Of a stretch of DNA of 64,000 nt, positions 27,326 through 42,575 are shown piece after piece. Each line of letters starts with the position of its first letter. Position 1 is the first letter of the stretch. The position numbers and the translations under genes were made by a program. Source of the stretch: Octopus vulgaris (taxonomy: Eukaryota). The DNA is taken from the NCBI GenBank assembly GCA_951406725.2, contig OX597828.1:26226001-26290000 (forward strand), written 5' to 3'. Under the pieces are notes generated by a model that ran no database searches, had not been told where the DNA came from, and saw only the letters and a list, made by a program, of their open reading frames with translations.

Positions 27326-28365
27326 GTTACTACTACTACTACTACTACTACAATTACAACAACTATTACAACTACTGCTACTACTAATTCTATCATTACT
27401 ATAATTAGTGCAGTAGCGGCGATGATTTTTGTTGTTTATCATTATCATTATTATTAATAAAAAAATTATGTTTCCACCCTTTATTGTTGACAGATTTGGT
27501 TTATCTGTCTGTTAATGTGTGTGTGTGTGTTAAATGTTTGCTGTTTGGTGATAAAAGGAGAAAAAGAAAGAAAAGGGGGTCAAGTAAAGAAGGGCGGATC
27601 ACGAAAATATAATAACACTGCGATGTAAACTGCCAGTAAAAATTAGTGTGAAAAAAAAATGTATATACACACATATATACATATGTGCATGTTCATATAT
27701 AACACACATATTGTGAATAAGTTGTTATGCTTTCATTCGTTTCATAAGCAGACATTCAATTTCTCACTGTGACTAGATCCTGTAGTTAGGCAACAGAACT
27801 TTCTCTACAAGACAAACTCGAGAACATTTCGACAAGTTTCAACAGGTTATTGCCCTCCAATCCAGCGTGTATACTCCTTTTCTCTCGGGTATCTAATGCA
27901 TGCAAGCGAATTTATTCACATTCTATCTGCATGTAAGTGTTGTCTCTGTTTATTACCTATTTTAGACACCTACATACTATTATGTGTTATGTGTATTTAT
28001 CAAAAACGAAAGTCTGGAAAAATCTGGTATATTTTTTCATTTCATGTTATACGTGTTTCAAAGATAGAAGTCACAAGAGTAAACGTGTTTGTTCTACATG
28101 GATATCTTTGCAACTTCTATCCTGTTATGAAACGGGTGTAACATGGAATTAAAAATATACCGAATTTTTCCAGCATTTTGTTTTGACAAGTAATTCCTCA
28201 CAATTTTCAATGCCTTGTATATCTCATGTAAAATAAAACATCTATATAACATCTATATACATACATTTGATTAACGTGAACATGCAAATGTGCTTCGCGA
28301 GGACAACTTGGATTATGATCCTTTATATACAATAAATATATATATATATACATACACACACACGT

Positions 28366-28439
<74 letters not shown>

Positions 28440-29190
28440 GTATACATATATATATATGTATGCATATATATATATGTGTGTGTGTGTGTAGATATGTTTG
28501 TGTGTGTGTATTCTCACGCCTCTTCAGAATTACGCTTTGTTTCAATATTTTTCTCACATGATATCGTCTCATCTTATTGTTTTTCGTGTTTTAACCTCTT
28601 TCAAGAAACTAGAATCTCCAGGATTTTTAATTCTTTTATTATTCATTTTAAATTTTTAACCAGAATCGAAATAATACTAGCACACAGAAACTGAACTCTA
28701 TGCCGTCATTATTATTATTATCATTATTATTATTATTATTTATGTTGTTGTTACTACTACTACTACTATTACTACTTATCATTGTGATACGATGTAGTGG
28801 CACTCACATTTTCACAAACACTAACACAGGTAGACCAATATGTTTCAATACAAACAGGTACGCAAACGTATATACAGGTTTCCACATGTATGTGTATATA
28901 TATATAAGTATATATATGTATATATATATTTATATTGCATCCAATAGTATACATTACATTTCATGTGATGGTGTAAAACTTGTTTCATATCTTTATTTTT
29001 TGTGTCTGTTCTTTGTTATTGTTTCGTTTCATGTTTGTATTTATCTTCTCACCAGTCTATTCATCCTAACACACCGTTTATAGCCATACGTACACTCACT
29101 CACATACACTATACAGTTTATATACGTATACATATGTATATGCATATATACACGTATACACACACACGTGCGTATACATCTGCACATACA

Positions 29191-29239
<49 letters not shown>

Positions 29240-29244
29240 TTATA

Positions 29245-29280
<36 letters not shown>

Positions 29281-29687
29281 CACATGTATACCACACAATT
29301 AGCAGCTACCATATTCAGCGTGCCATCACTTATGCTTTCCCAATATTTTTCTTGTTTTGTGTGTTCTGTCTTGTTTTTTTTTGTTTGTTTTTTTTTTTTT
29401 TTTTTTTTTTTTTAAATATTAAAACCAGTTGGTTGTTCAAGAAGAATTTTTTTTTTCATATATTTCCCCTTTATAATTTCACGTTACTTCTTTATATTTT
29501 TACATACCATTCTAGGGTTTGCAGAAATTTGGTCTTTTTTTTTTCTGTGATCATTCAAAATATTTTTACCTATGAATAACCTTATATTTTTGTACTATTT
29601 TTTCTAATCTTTTTTTTTTTGCTTTCTATTTGCATTGATGATTTACATAATTTCCAAACCAACATTTTATTAATATTATTATTATTA

Positions 29688-29721
<34 letters not shown>

Positions 29722-31046
29722 CATTATTATCATCATCATTATAATTTTTTTGTTTCGTTTCATTTTGTTTTTCATATACCATAAAGTTCTTATCCAGTTT
29801 ATTCATTTGTTAGATGTTGTTGTTGGTGTTACATATAGATATTAGGTGTAAAAAAACACTTTTGTTTTCGTATATTCTTCATTTTATTGCCTCCAAATTC
29901 TCGGCTGCCGTTTATATTATTGAGAAAGAGAAGAGAGATTGTGTCTGAAGAAAGAAAGGGAAAGACAGAAAAGACGGCGAAGGAAAAGACAAAGATACTT
30001 TGTCAGTCTTGTGTGCGTGTGTGTGCATGTCCAGTGTGTGTGTGTATGCGTGTGCTTGAGTATATTTGTATTTGTGGCGACAGAGGTAAAGAGAGGGAAA
30101 GTTAGTGAGACAGACACAGGTAGAAAATTTTACAATACGCAAAAAAAAACCAAAAACGAAAAAACAGTTTATTTAGATCCAGCGAATATTGAACCCTGGC
30201 AGCGAGTAATGAATCAATTGATAGCATTTGGAACAACGATTGGTTCATTTGAAACAAAGATTGCTTATACAACATGTCTATAATTTATATAGAATTATAT
30301 ATTTGCGTGTGTGTGTTAATGCATATATATATAAGGTATGTATGTATATGTTGTCATGATATTTAAATGCATATATATATTACATTTCAGTAAATACTGT
30401 AAATGACAATATTTTTGTTGTATGTTTGTTATTTGTCTTTTTTTCTTTTCATTAACAAATACTGCGTTAATTGTTTCAGTTAATTTTTTTTTAGTGTTTT
30501 TCTTTTTTTTTTTAGTGGTCTTCTTTTTTTTTTTTTTTGTTTAAAATCCAGTCCGTTGATTTGCCCCCATACTGAGATCAGTTCGCGAGCGAATAATCTT
30601 TTGCCCAAAATGTGACTGCTTTTATTTTCTTATATTTATTTACGTATTATTTTTCATTCTTTTATCATTGTTATTCTTATTTTTCCATTGAAGAACAATT
30701 AAAACTTTATTGGAATCAATGCTCGATTGAGTTAATTTAGACTAGCAGGGTGAAATTAGTGTCAAGTAGTGAAGGATACAGAGATGCGACGTGGAGTGAT
30801 ATAAGGATGGCGGAGATGGGGCGAGGGAGGGGCGATAACAGGCGTCCGTTGATTTTTTCATGTATGTATGTATATATATGTACATATATAACCTTGTAGA
30901 TATATATATATGTATATATTCTACATCTATTCATACATTACCATGTTCTTTTTTTTTTTCGTTTGTTTTCAGAAAGAAACTTCTTGCAGATCATTACAGC
31001 CTTGCATAAGAGGGTAAGGAGTATAACTCTTTGTTTATATATATAT

Positions 31047-31105
<59 letters not shown>

Positions 31106-31152
31106 TATATACATATATATATATATATAAACATATACATATACATACAAGC

Positions 31153-31185
<33 letters not shown>

Positions 31186-31553
31186 TGCATACAAGTCATT
31201 TAAATGAATGCCGTCAGACATTTTCCAGAAAAGAAAATCCTTTTCTAGATGAAGAAGTCTTCCTTCCTAACGTCTTGCATAACTAGAAGGGAGCCGTTGA
31301 ATTCTGAGACCTCTCTCTCTGACTCTCCCTCTGTGAACATATATACATGCATATATATATATACATACATATATATATATATACATGCATACACATATAT
31401 ACACACACACACATATGCATGTATGTATGTATGTATATTCATTCGTTCAGAGGTAGATTATATGAGAGGAGAAAATGTGAACAAATTACGCCTTTTGGTT
31501 AGTTATTACATTTGCGATTGTGAAGCAAGGACTGAAGATTTCAAACCAAGATA

Positions 31554-31591
<38 letters not shown>

Positions 31592-32956
31592 GGAAGGTCG
31601 TTTATTATGTCCGGTTAGAGAGTGACCATTGGTTTCCCACCTATAAAGCGCTTAGCTGTATAGGCGACTCGCCAGACTCAAATGGCCGGAGGCACATAAC
31701 CTCTCCACATAAGTATGTATGTATATTATCGACACATGACGCTGTGGTGGGCGAGCAGACAGGCAGACTCAGTGCGAAATCCCTCGTGTTGCTGCCTTCA
31801 GTTGCTATCTTCATATTTCTATAATTGTTGTTTCTCATGATCCTGTTCAGTTTGGGATTATATATATGTATACATACACACTTGATACATACACACGTAC
31901 ATATATATATATATGTATGTATGTATCAAGTGTGTATGTATACCAGAGAATAACAATAGCAATCTCAGAACGACCAACTCGCAGAACTCTATATTCTCGC
32001 GATGTGTGTCATTATTTGATCCTTGTTCTTTCTTGTGGGTTTTTTTTTTTCGTTTGATGAATATTTCTTTTTCTTCTTTTTTTTGTGTCAATGACCGATT
32101 TTTGTCTTTATCCTCTTTCTCTTCTCATTCATCCTCTTTACTCTCTCTCTAAGACTGGCTATTATGAACGTGCCCATCTTTTAATGTAGCTAGCGCCGGA
32201 ATACACATGAAGAAAGCAGATACGCTCAACATGATTTAAAAAAGCGTTGTAAATTTTAGAATAAATGCAACCAGATGAAGAATATTTTGCAAGTAGAAGA
32301 ACCATTTAAAGCAAGTCCGGTTTTATTTCAAAGAAATCCAACACACTTTCCATGCAAAGAGAAATTCATTATTTAAAATAATAATAATAATAAATCTTTG
32401 CAGCCCAGTATTTTAATATTATAGTTTGTTACTATATTCTTGTTTCTGTTTTTTTTTTTTTTTTTGTCATTTTCAGTTATAATTTCTCTCTATTTATGAA
32501 TAACTAACTCAGATAAACAGAAAATTAAGTTAATAAGAAAAAAAAAAATTAATGACTTGTATGAAGACGTGGAATCCGCACATTAAGTTTTCCTTTGTAC
32601 AAATTTCTTTCTTTTCCCCTCCATCCGTTGGATGTGGTTCAGCAGTTTAATATTGTTGTTGTTGTTGTTCTTTTTCAATCTTTTTCTTTCCTCCATGTAT
32701 TTTTTCTTTTTATTTTATTGTTTCTTTTTTTTTTAAGGCAACACAGCGATTTGTGAAGCTGCAAGCCATCTACTGAAATCCCGAAATGGCAACTAAGGTG
32801 ATGGTAGGGATTGTGATTGGAATCTCCTCTCCCCAGAAAGAATATGGAGCTAAGGCAGGTTCTCCCCATACTGTTTTTTTATATATTATGTATGTATGTT
32901 TTGTATTTGTTGTATTTGCAGTGTTATTTACTACTGGCGTATCACGAAGATATATG

Positions 32957-32991
<35 letters not shown>

Positions 32992-34166
32992 CTTGTTCTT
33001 TCTAAAGTTATATAGTATCACTATAACCCATTTAAAATTTGGATGTTGTATGAAAAACCAGCTACCGAGGCATTCACCACAAACCGATGCAACGTTATAT
33101 ACACGGTTCCTTCTCGAGCCTTTATATTTTCTTTGCAATGGAGTTAGTAGCACGAGCATTTTTCAGATGTCTTCATTTGAAGGTGTATTTTTTTGTTTCA
33201 TTTTTTTGTTTTTCTTCTTCGTATAATAATCAGCAATTTGTGGGTTGATTGGTAGTTAATTAATTAGGTTTAATATTTAAAATTACAAGTCAATTGATTT
33301 GATAATGATAATTTGCTCGTAGTAACTACAGGGTTTCTTTTCTTTTTTTTTTTTTTTTTTGCAGTAAAACCTACCAATACAGAGTTATTCCGGATATGAG
33401 AGCTCTTAGCATGGTTGTTTTTTGTTGGTTTTATTTTACATCGAATAGAATGATTTGCAATATATAAATGCTATAAAAATTAAAAGTCTTTGAAGAACCT
33501 AAACTTTTTGCGGAGCAAAGTTCATGGTTAGCTGTTGTTAGTTATCTTGGTCATCGTTAGTATGATCGTTACAATGACAAACATATTTTATAATTTGAAT
33601 GCTACCCAGACATCCTGTTCGTTTCCTCCATCTTTTCCAAGCAGATGGTTTCAGTTGCACAAAAACAGCCGCAGTTGCGTTTTCAAAAGCACACGCGATG
33701 ACTTTTTTTTCTTTTTTGTTCATTGAATTATTCCTAGTACTTTTGAAATAGTGCAGCTACTGCAGTTGACCGTGTTGTTCTTGTAGTCATTTCTTGTTAC
33801 TATCCGCCTTTTTTTCAGAGAGCTAAGTCTTTCTTTCCAATAACGGAGTAAAAATCACTCCTACCATTTATATCTTGCGAAATGATTCATATGAAACAAT
33901 TGCAACTTCTACTCAGCCAAGATGACGGCAACATATCTTAAGGACAAAAGTGGTGTTGATGATTTTACTATTACTATTATTAAACATTATTATTCTCATT
34001 TTTATTACTACTATCAATATTATTATTATTATTATTTATTATTATTATTATTATTATTACTAGTATTATTGTTATTATTCATATTATTGATATTTGTTGT
34101 TCCTACGAACAAGTCTGTATTTTATTTAATTCTTCTTTGCTTTGCATACTTTAAATATATAAATAC

Positions 34167-34215
<49 letters not shown>

Positions 34216-34224
34216 CATATATAT

Positions 34225-34255
<31 letters not shown>

Positions 34256-34431
34256 ATTATTTTTTCTTCTCATTAATAGATCGTATAAATAAACTATTGC
34301 ATAAAGAATGGCGATCAGATGATACATTTACATCACATAAATGTGAACTGTTTTTGTACCACATATGACCATGTAGCATATATAACAGAATCTACATATT
34401 TAGTTAGAAATGTAATTTTACATGCTAGAAC

Positions 34432-34470
<39 letters not shown>

Positions 34471-35109
34471 AACAAGAGGGGAAACTTTTTTCTGAATAGC
34501 TGCAAATTGTATTAAATACAAACTGCATTGATCATTTCATTTGAAACGAATTGTTTTTGTTTCAATCTTTTCAATAAAAAAATCTATCTCTAGCTTTTGT
34601 TTATTTCTTCATCTTCATCATCTTCTTGTAGTTCTTGTTTTCACTTGTTTGTCTTTTTTTTTTCTGTTTTTTTTTTTAAACATTTGTATTTTTTTCTTTC
34701 TTTTTTTTTTTTTCAAATTTTAAAATCTTGTATTCTTCGTCTGTCTTTTAGATAATAACTGGTCTTCAAAGAAATGAAGGAAGTGGAGTGGGGGGAGCTG
34801 GGAAATTTTTAGTTTATCAAAATAACAAAATGGTAAAATGAGAAACCGAATGTGATGTACTGATTGGTCAAACTGGCAATGCTATGTATAACTTTGTATG
34901 TGTATATATACTTACATATATATATATATGTATATATACACACACACATACACATATACACACACACATATATATAAAGATATATATATATGTGTGTATA
35001 TATATATATATATGCATGTATATATGATGCATGTGTGTGTATATATGTGTATATATATATATATGTATATTTATATAAAGAAGAGTAAGACTGGCGTCGC
35101 TGGTGTTGC

Positions 35110-35399
35110 TCAGCTTTTAGTGCATGTTGAGCCACTTTCTCTTTGACTGTTGCCATTATCATCTCGCCATTTATCCACCGAACGTCGTCGTGCATTCATG
35201 AAGAAATTTGCCACAGTGCTGACTTCCAGACCCAGCTGTTGTGCAATAGTTGCTTGCATTTCTTTTGACGGACGTTTGGTTTCTTTGAATATTGCATGTA
35301 AGGTGCGTCTTTGAATATCGGTGAATACCAGTCTTGGTTTTTTAGGTGGCCTGTTCTCTTCTGGGGGACTTTGTTGGTCTTGCTCTTTCCGTTTGCATG
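35110..35399 (-). CDS. onecut: Last coding exon of a ONECUT/HNF6-class CUT-homeobox transcription factor (linker, homeodomain, C-terminus); partial gene
   Basis: Translation (A)CKRKEQDQQSPPEENRPPKKPRLVFTDIQRRTLHAIFKETKRPSKEMQATIAQQLGLEVSTVANFFMNARRRSVDKWRDDNGNSQRESGSTCTKS* closely matches the ONECUT homeodomain, including the diagnostic F48/M50 (NFFMNARRR). Phase-1 acceptor (tttctag|CA TGC AAA) at the position I recall for vertebrate ONECUT1/2. TGA at 35110-35112. Confidence 0.96.
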
Positions 35400-35448
35400 C
35401 TAGAAATTGGTAAAGAAGAAAAAAAAGAAACAAAAGAATAATTAGAAG
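35400..35448 (-). promoter_or_regulatory. 3' splice site: branch point, polypyrimidine tract and AG acceptor of the onecut intron
   Basis: Minus strand reads cttCTAATtattcttttgtttcttttttttcttctttaccaatttctAG, with AG at 35401-35400. Confidence 0.88.
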
Positions 35449-35469
35449 ATTTCGGGTAACACGAATGAC

Positions 35470-35515
<46 letters not shown>

Positions 35516-35635
35516 TAAATGAAGACTGCAGTACATTGTAACAATTAATGATTGATTAATAGAGTAAATGCAAATTAGAACATGGCATGTCAATATACAT
35601 ACATATTATATATGTATGCGTGTGCGTGTATGTGC

Positions 35636-35693
<58 letters not shown>

Positions 35694-35866
35694 TTGGGTG
35701 TACAAACGGGGAAAAATGCACTCATATTTGTTTATTCGTTTGAAGTTGCTAATCCTTCCGTCGCTACTGGCAGATTGTAGAGACGGAGTAAATTATCAGC
35801 TTCAGACATACATGTGTGTGCATATATATATGTGTGTGTGTGTGTGTATATATGCCTATATACATA

Positions 35867-35917
<51 letters not shown>

Positions 35918-35970
35918 GCATATATACATATGCATATATATATATGCATATATATATATATATATGTATG

Positions 35971-36043
<73 letters not shown>

Positions 36044-37436
36044 ATATATATATGTGTGTGTGTATACGTATATATATATAAGTATTTCTGTATGTATGTC
36101 AGTGTGTAGTGTGGTTGTTTGTTTATTTGCATGTCTGTCAATGAGGGAGTTGAAATATGGTGAAATACATAAATTTATTTATTTATTCTTTTTTTATTTA
36201 TTTTATTGTTTGTGAGCCGGTTTATATATTATTTTTAATAAGCAGTAATTTCCTGGAAATATAAAAATATAAGTGATATAACGACGACGGTGGTCATGTT
36301 GATGATAAGGATGAAAAAGTTCCACAATATCAAAATCAATTGCAAACACAATAACTATATTAATAATAATAATAATAACAACAACAACAATAGCAATAAT
36401 AATAATAATAAAAACGAAGAAGAATAGTCTGAGATGTGGTGTTCAAGTTAATTTCTCTATTTCTAATGGATATATAACAACGTTTTGTCATTTTCTGAGC
36501 TAAACAAAAATAAAGAGAATAATTTTTGTTCTGTAGAGAATGTAATACGGAAATTGATGGCGAAACGTTCTCAGTCCTGTGAAATCTGGTGCTAGGATCT
36601 ACGCCAGCATGATTATAATACTCAAAAGCACATTTTCTTTATTCATTCTTTTTCCGTCTTACTTTTTTGTTCCAGAAATCTAGATCTAAAATTACAGGAT
36701 TTGGGAGCAGCTCAAATTTACAGGTAAACACGCACGCAGCTATACATGTACACATACATTAGCGCGCCTGCACACACATGCAAGAACACATATATACTAA
36801 AAACATATGAGTCAACGATGAATCTTTTAAGTTGTCATCTGGCCTGTTAGAAAGAAATAGCGGCTAAGTCTCCCTCAAATCACACTCTTATTTAGATCGT
36901 CTAACACTAAGGAAAAGTGACATTAAGACAATCTCCTAGATAAATTAGATTCCCTCGACTGGAATGCCATTGATCGTAAGTAATGTGTTCATTCGGTGTT
37001 ATTCCTGATTTAAATAACAACACAATAGACAAAGAATTTTCTCAAGATTCTTGCACAAACAAATGCCTGAGTCTAAGAAATTAACTGCCTAGGACAGCAA
37101 ACTTTGTGACTGTGTTACAATACATATACATATACATATCTACTGCTGTATTCGTCCGGAGATAGTATCTGTATGAACATACTGTTTAAAAATAGTATGT
37201 ATGTATCAGAAAGTGATGGAATACATCCCAGTAGCGGCGTATGTGAACGTTGAATGAATTTCTGCGTTATTATATGTTATCAATAGCGTTCACGCACTGC
37301 CAGGCTGCTTAAACGAAATGTATCATCACACATATACATGAGATCATTGAAAAGTAATCACTGATGTTTCTAATAGACACCTGGTAATTTGGTAATTTTA
37401 ATCTAATAATACTCCTGTTGCATATAATGGTTATAC

Positions 37437-37545
<109 letters not shown>

Positions 37546-38131
37546 CATTTCTCAGGGTAGCCGATGAACACTGCTATACCTTCTCTGATGAGGGACAATT
37601 ATCCCTAAAATATTTTGCGAAACGATTCCTAAATTATTTTCTCTTTGCATCAGAAAACAACAATACAACGTTTTCACATCATCTCAATCTCTTCACCTAA
37701 AGCTTTCAAATAAATTGACTGTAGAGTTATCAACACTACACATGTTTAAAGTAACCTGAATTACGACATGTGCGTGTATGAGTGTATGCTCGTGTGTGAG
37801 TGAGTGAGTATTTGTGCGTGTGTGTGTGACAGAGAGAGAGAGATCATCATGGAATATGCAAAGATTATGAATTTGATACGACCATTTGTTCTTTTGGTAT
37901 CTATTTCTGATAATATAGTTTACACACACGCACGCACACACAATTATGTATATGTAATTATATATATATATATATATATATGCATGTGTGTATAAAGTCT
38001 CAATAAATGACAGAAGCAAGAGAATAGGAAAATAAACATAAATAATTATAGAGACCTTACATACACATATGCATATAGGCTTTATATATATATATATACA
38101 CATTAAATAATATACACTACACTATACATAT

Positions 38132-38180
<49 letters not shown>

Positions 38181-38203
38181 TATATATGTATATATATATT
38201 ATA

Positions 38204-38254
<51 letters not shown>

Positions 38255-39059
38255 TATATAATATATGTAAATAGACACACACACATATATATAGCACAAT
38301 AAGGACTGAACGAACACGTCAGTGCTGGTCAAATTGTGTCTGGAAGAGCTAAATGAAGTATGACAGTTATTTATACCATCAATACCGCTCTGTGTTTATT
38401 CACAATCATTTCCAAATGTTCTTGGGAGAAACCGGAGAAATTACAAGATGGAATGAAAACAAAAAATGGCGTTTGTTCTTAATTCAAGAAGAATTAAATG
38501 CAAAAGGAAATGGCAGTGTCATCAAAGACATCGACTCAAATGACAATGTTTTGTCGAAATATGTATGAAAGAAATAAATAAAAAAAAAACGCAAAGAAGA
38601 CTACTTATAAATCAGAGTTTACGTTTACTTGTTGTATACACAAACACAAACATGTTTTTGTATTTTCATTTATTTTGTTTATTGATTATTTTTTTTTTGT
38701 GTGTGTGAGTGTGTCTATATGTGTGTTTCGATAATACCAAATCTGCTGTGAGCTATGCTCTTATATAAATTAACCCTGAAAATGGAAACGAGTGACTTTG
38801 GTAAGGAACAACATCTCGGTAGATGACAAGATCCTCACTGATTAACTTGAGTCATTATAGAATAATTGACTGTTCAGAGTATGGGGTGGTGGTGTATGTA
38901 TGCATGTGTAGGCATATGTGTGTATGTATAAATATGTGTGTATATATACACATACGTTTGTATGTATGCATAGATACACATTTGTATACACAGACATAAC
39001 ATGTGTGTATACTTATATAATTACATATGCATACACAAATATATATGTGTGTATGTATG

Positions 39060-39111
<52 letters not shown>

Positions 39112-39206
39112 CACATTCACAACATAAGCCGCTGCATTCAAACATATATAATACAAAAATAACAGTACGGTATGTGTACTAGCAGTATCAACAAGTGTAA
39201 AAAAAA

Positions 39207-39252
<46 letters not shown>

Positions 39253-39620
39253 TATATATATTTATATTTATATATATATATATATGAAAACAAGGATAGG
39301 ATATTCACATGTAAAAAAAAAAAGACGAATAGAAAAAATCGAGAACAATAGGGACAGGTGCTTTCAACAGATATAACATTTGGTTTAGGGATTTCAAAAT
39401 GTTTTTTAAAAAAAAATTATTATTATTATAATAATGATAATAATAACAGGAAGGGAAATGTCGATCATGCACGAGTTATCTGGTCATATTCACAGACTTT
39501 TCTCAGCATGCAGATTAAAGAACGGTAACATGCTTGATAACATATTATATATATACAGATATATATATATATATACAGATATATATATATATACAGATAT
39601 ATATATACAGATATATATGT

Positions 39621-39688
<68 letters not shown>

Positions 39689-40134
39689 ATATATATATAT
39701 GCATATAGATGTAGTTATATATAAAGTTTCATTCACAAAAAGTACAATCAGAACAGACAGCATAAGACAAAATATATCTGTAACAAAAATATTTATATAT
39801 TGAGGGAATTAATATGAAAGCTGAGATTCCATTAGTTTTGTTGTTGCTGTTGTAGATGTTGTTGTTGCTTTGCCTTTGTTTTTTCTTTGAATTTCCCTCT
39901 TTATTTCCTTTTTTTTTTTGTGGGTTTTCAACAGTTTAAGAATTCCTCCCAGGTTTCTTACAAGCTAATACAGTGCGTCTTGTTTATAATTGATATAATT
40001 ATTATTATTAACGGTTTCGGCTCAGCAATTTTTTTTTTTAATCCATGGGCAAAAAAATGAATTGGAAGTGAGAAAGCGTGTGTGAGATAGAGAAAGAGAC
40101 AGAGAGAGAGAGAAAGAGACATAGAGAGAGAGAA

Positions 40135-40174
<40 letters not shown>

Positions 40175-40638
40175 GAAGAGAGAGCGGAGGGGAGCTAAAG
40201 AAAGAAAGAAAGAGAAAGAGTGAGAGATGGATAGAAAAAGAGCAAATATTTTGTGGAAAAGACATACAAAGGACGTGTGTCTGTGAAAGAGAAAGAGAAA
40301 ATGTGCATGTAAAAGAGAGAAAGATTGAGAAACGAACTTTCACTTTAATAAGTTAATTTATACTGCTTTACCTTAGACTAAATAAAAACAACATCGTTTG
40401 GGCTCTCAGTCGTAAAACACTTTTATGTTGGACGGAGGGAAAGATTTAAGGATTTTGGAACAAAAAATGCGAACCAAGATAGGGACTAATGGAATTAATG
40501 TGGTAGTGTGAGTGTTGGAACGGTAATGCTACATGTGTGATTTTGTGTTTGTCAACATGATGGAGTGACGATTGATGAGTGAATTTACTTTGTTAATAGC
40601 TGACAAATTGCGAATATGATAAACATTTAGAAATGTTT

Positions 40639-40696
<58 letters not shown>

Positions 40697-40938
40697 TCTA
40701 CCTCAGATGTGAGAAGTTTACCAAATGTGAGGAGCGTGACTGAATATTGCAGCCAAGAAACGAGAAACTTATATGGAGAATAGAATTTACTGAAAAAGCA
40801 AATGTTGCAAATATACATATCACTCTAATTATAATCTCTATTAAAACTATTATTATTATTATTATTATTATTATTGTTGTTGTTGTTGTGTTATTATTAT
40901 CATTATTATTATTATTATTGTTATTACTATTATTATTA

Positions 40939-40981
<43 letters not shown>

Positions 40982-41207
40982 CATTATTATTATTATCTTC
41001 AGGTTTAATTTACAACATTTATGTACATTTAAAGTAAAATAGTTAATGTTATCTAGAGATTTCATTCAAGGCAAGGCAACACACATTCAGAAAGATGGAG
41101 AGATAAAGCACACCATATGAAATGACACCTTGACTACGTCTTTGAAGAGAGATTTGCCAAATCAGAAATACAGAGTTGATGGTTATATATATATATATAT
41201 ATATAGG

Positions 41208-41253
<46 letters not shown>

Positions 41254-41624
41254 TATAATATATATATATGCGCACACACATGCACACACACACTCAGACA
41301 TACGCACTGAATATTATAACATTTGCGACCTAACAGAAAAGCCAAAATCAGCGAAACCAATCAACAAGGCCCGTTTTCCATTTAGATGTGACAAAATTCC
41401 TCAGAAGCCAACACGTCAATTAAAGACTGAACAATCTTAATTTTCCATGGGACACCACTTAATTACTAACAATCCTGAATATTAGAATGAAATTATGGCT
41501 AAATGTGGGCATTACATACGTACGTACATACATACATACATATATACATATATATATGTGTGTGTGTGTGTGTATATATGTATACATACATATATGTGTG
41601 TGTGTGTATACTTATATATATATA

Positions 41625-41718
<94 letters not shown>

Positions 41719-42256
41719 GAGAGATAGAGGAGAGAGAGAGGTGGACAGACAGAGATTCTCCATGGTTATAGATCTCTGATTTGATATTTATTCCTAAGTA
41801 GGGATTATGCTGTGTCTGTCTACATTATGCCAAAAAAAAAAAATTGCTGAAAGTTTCTTTGATCTTAAGTCTGCTTGACCAAGGGCCAAATTCAGGCTAA
41901 CCAAGCCACAACGACCTTATGTCTGTAGAAACAAGAAAACTTCCATGTGTCAAACTCTACCCAGATGAGAAATGCTCGAGATTCCAATCCAGGAAGGAGA
42001 AGAACATGGGCAGGAAATTTTGCTTCACTTGTCAAATTCTACGAAAATTGTCAAACATTGAGGTTTGAAGATCTTGTGGGTTTTGAGGATTTGTAGAAGT
42101 CAATTATTGAGTAAATCTTAATACAGGACACTTATTTTCTATGTAACACTTCGAAGTAAGCTCCCGAGAAGCCGGGTTCAAGATACACTTTTAGTTCTCG
42201 GTGTTAGAAATTTTACGTTTTTTTTTGTTTTTTTTTTGCCTGATATTTCTAAAAGG

Positions 42257-42575
42257 CAGGTGGCTCAGTGTTTAGGGTATTCGGTTCACGATCGTATGGT
42301 CGTGATTTCGATTCCCGGGGGTGCGTTGTTTTCCTGGTGCCCGACATTTTATTTCACATTCCTTCAGCCACACAGCTGGCAAAAATGAGTCGTACCTGTA
42401 TTTCAAAGGGTCAGCTTTGACACATCCTGCATCACACTGATTCTCCCTGAGAACTACTATAAGGGCTTGCTTGTCCGTGGAGTACTCAGTCACTTGCCCA
42501 TTAATTTCACGATTAGGCTGTTCCGTTGATCGGACCAGCTGGAACACTTGTCGTCGCAACCGACGGAGAACCAGT
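42257..42575 (+). mobile_element. tRNA-derived SINE, another family
   Basis: A-box-like TGGCTCAGTGT and B-box-like TTTCGATTCCC; related diverged copies at ~52610-52930 and ~8750-8900. Confidence 0.65.

Noticed and set aside
35400-35544. N-terminal part of ORF 35110..35544 (MLQCTAVF...poly-I)
   Set aside because: Intronic read-through upstream of the splice acceptor, including an (ATT)n tract.
41049-41360. RRSQG in a minus-strand ORF resembling the CUT-domain RSQGTLS
   Set aside because: Only four residues match; the surrounding sequence is microsatellite-derived and unlike CUT.
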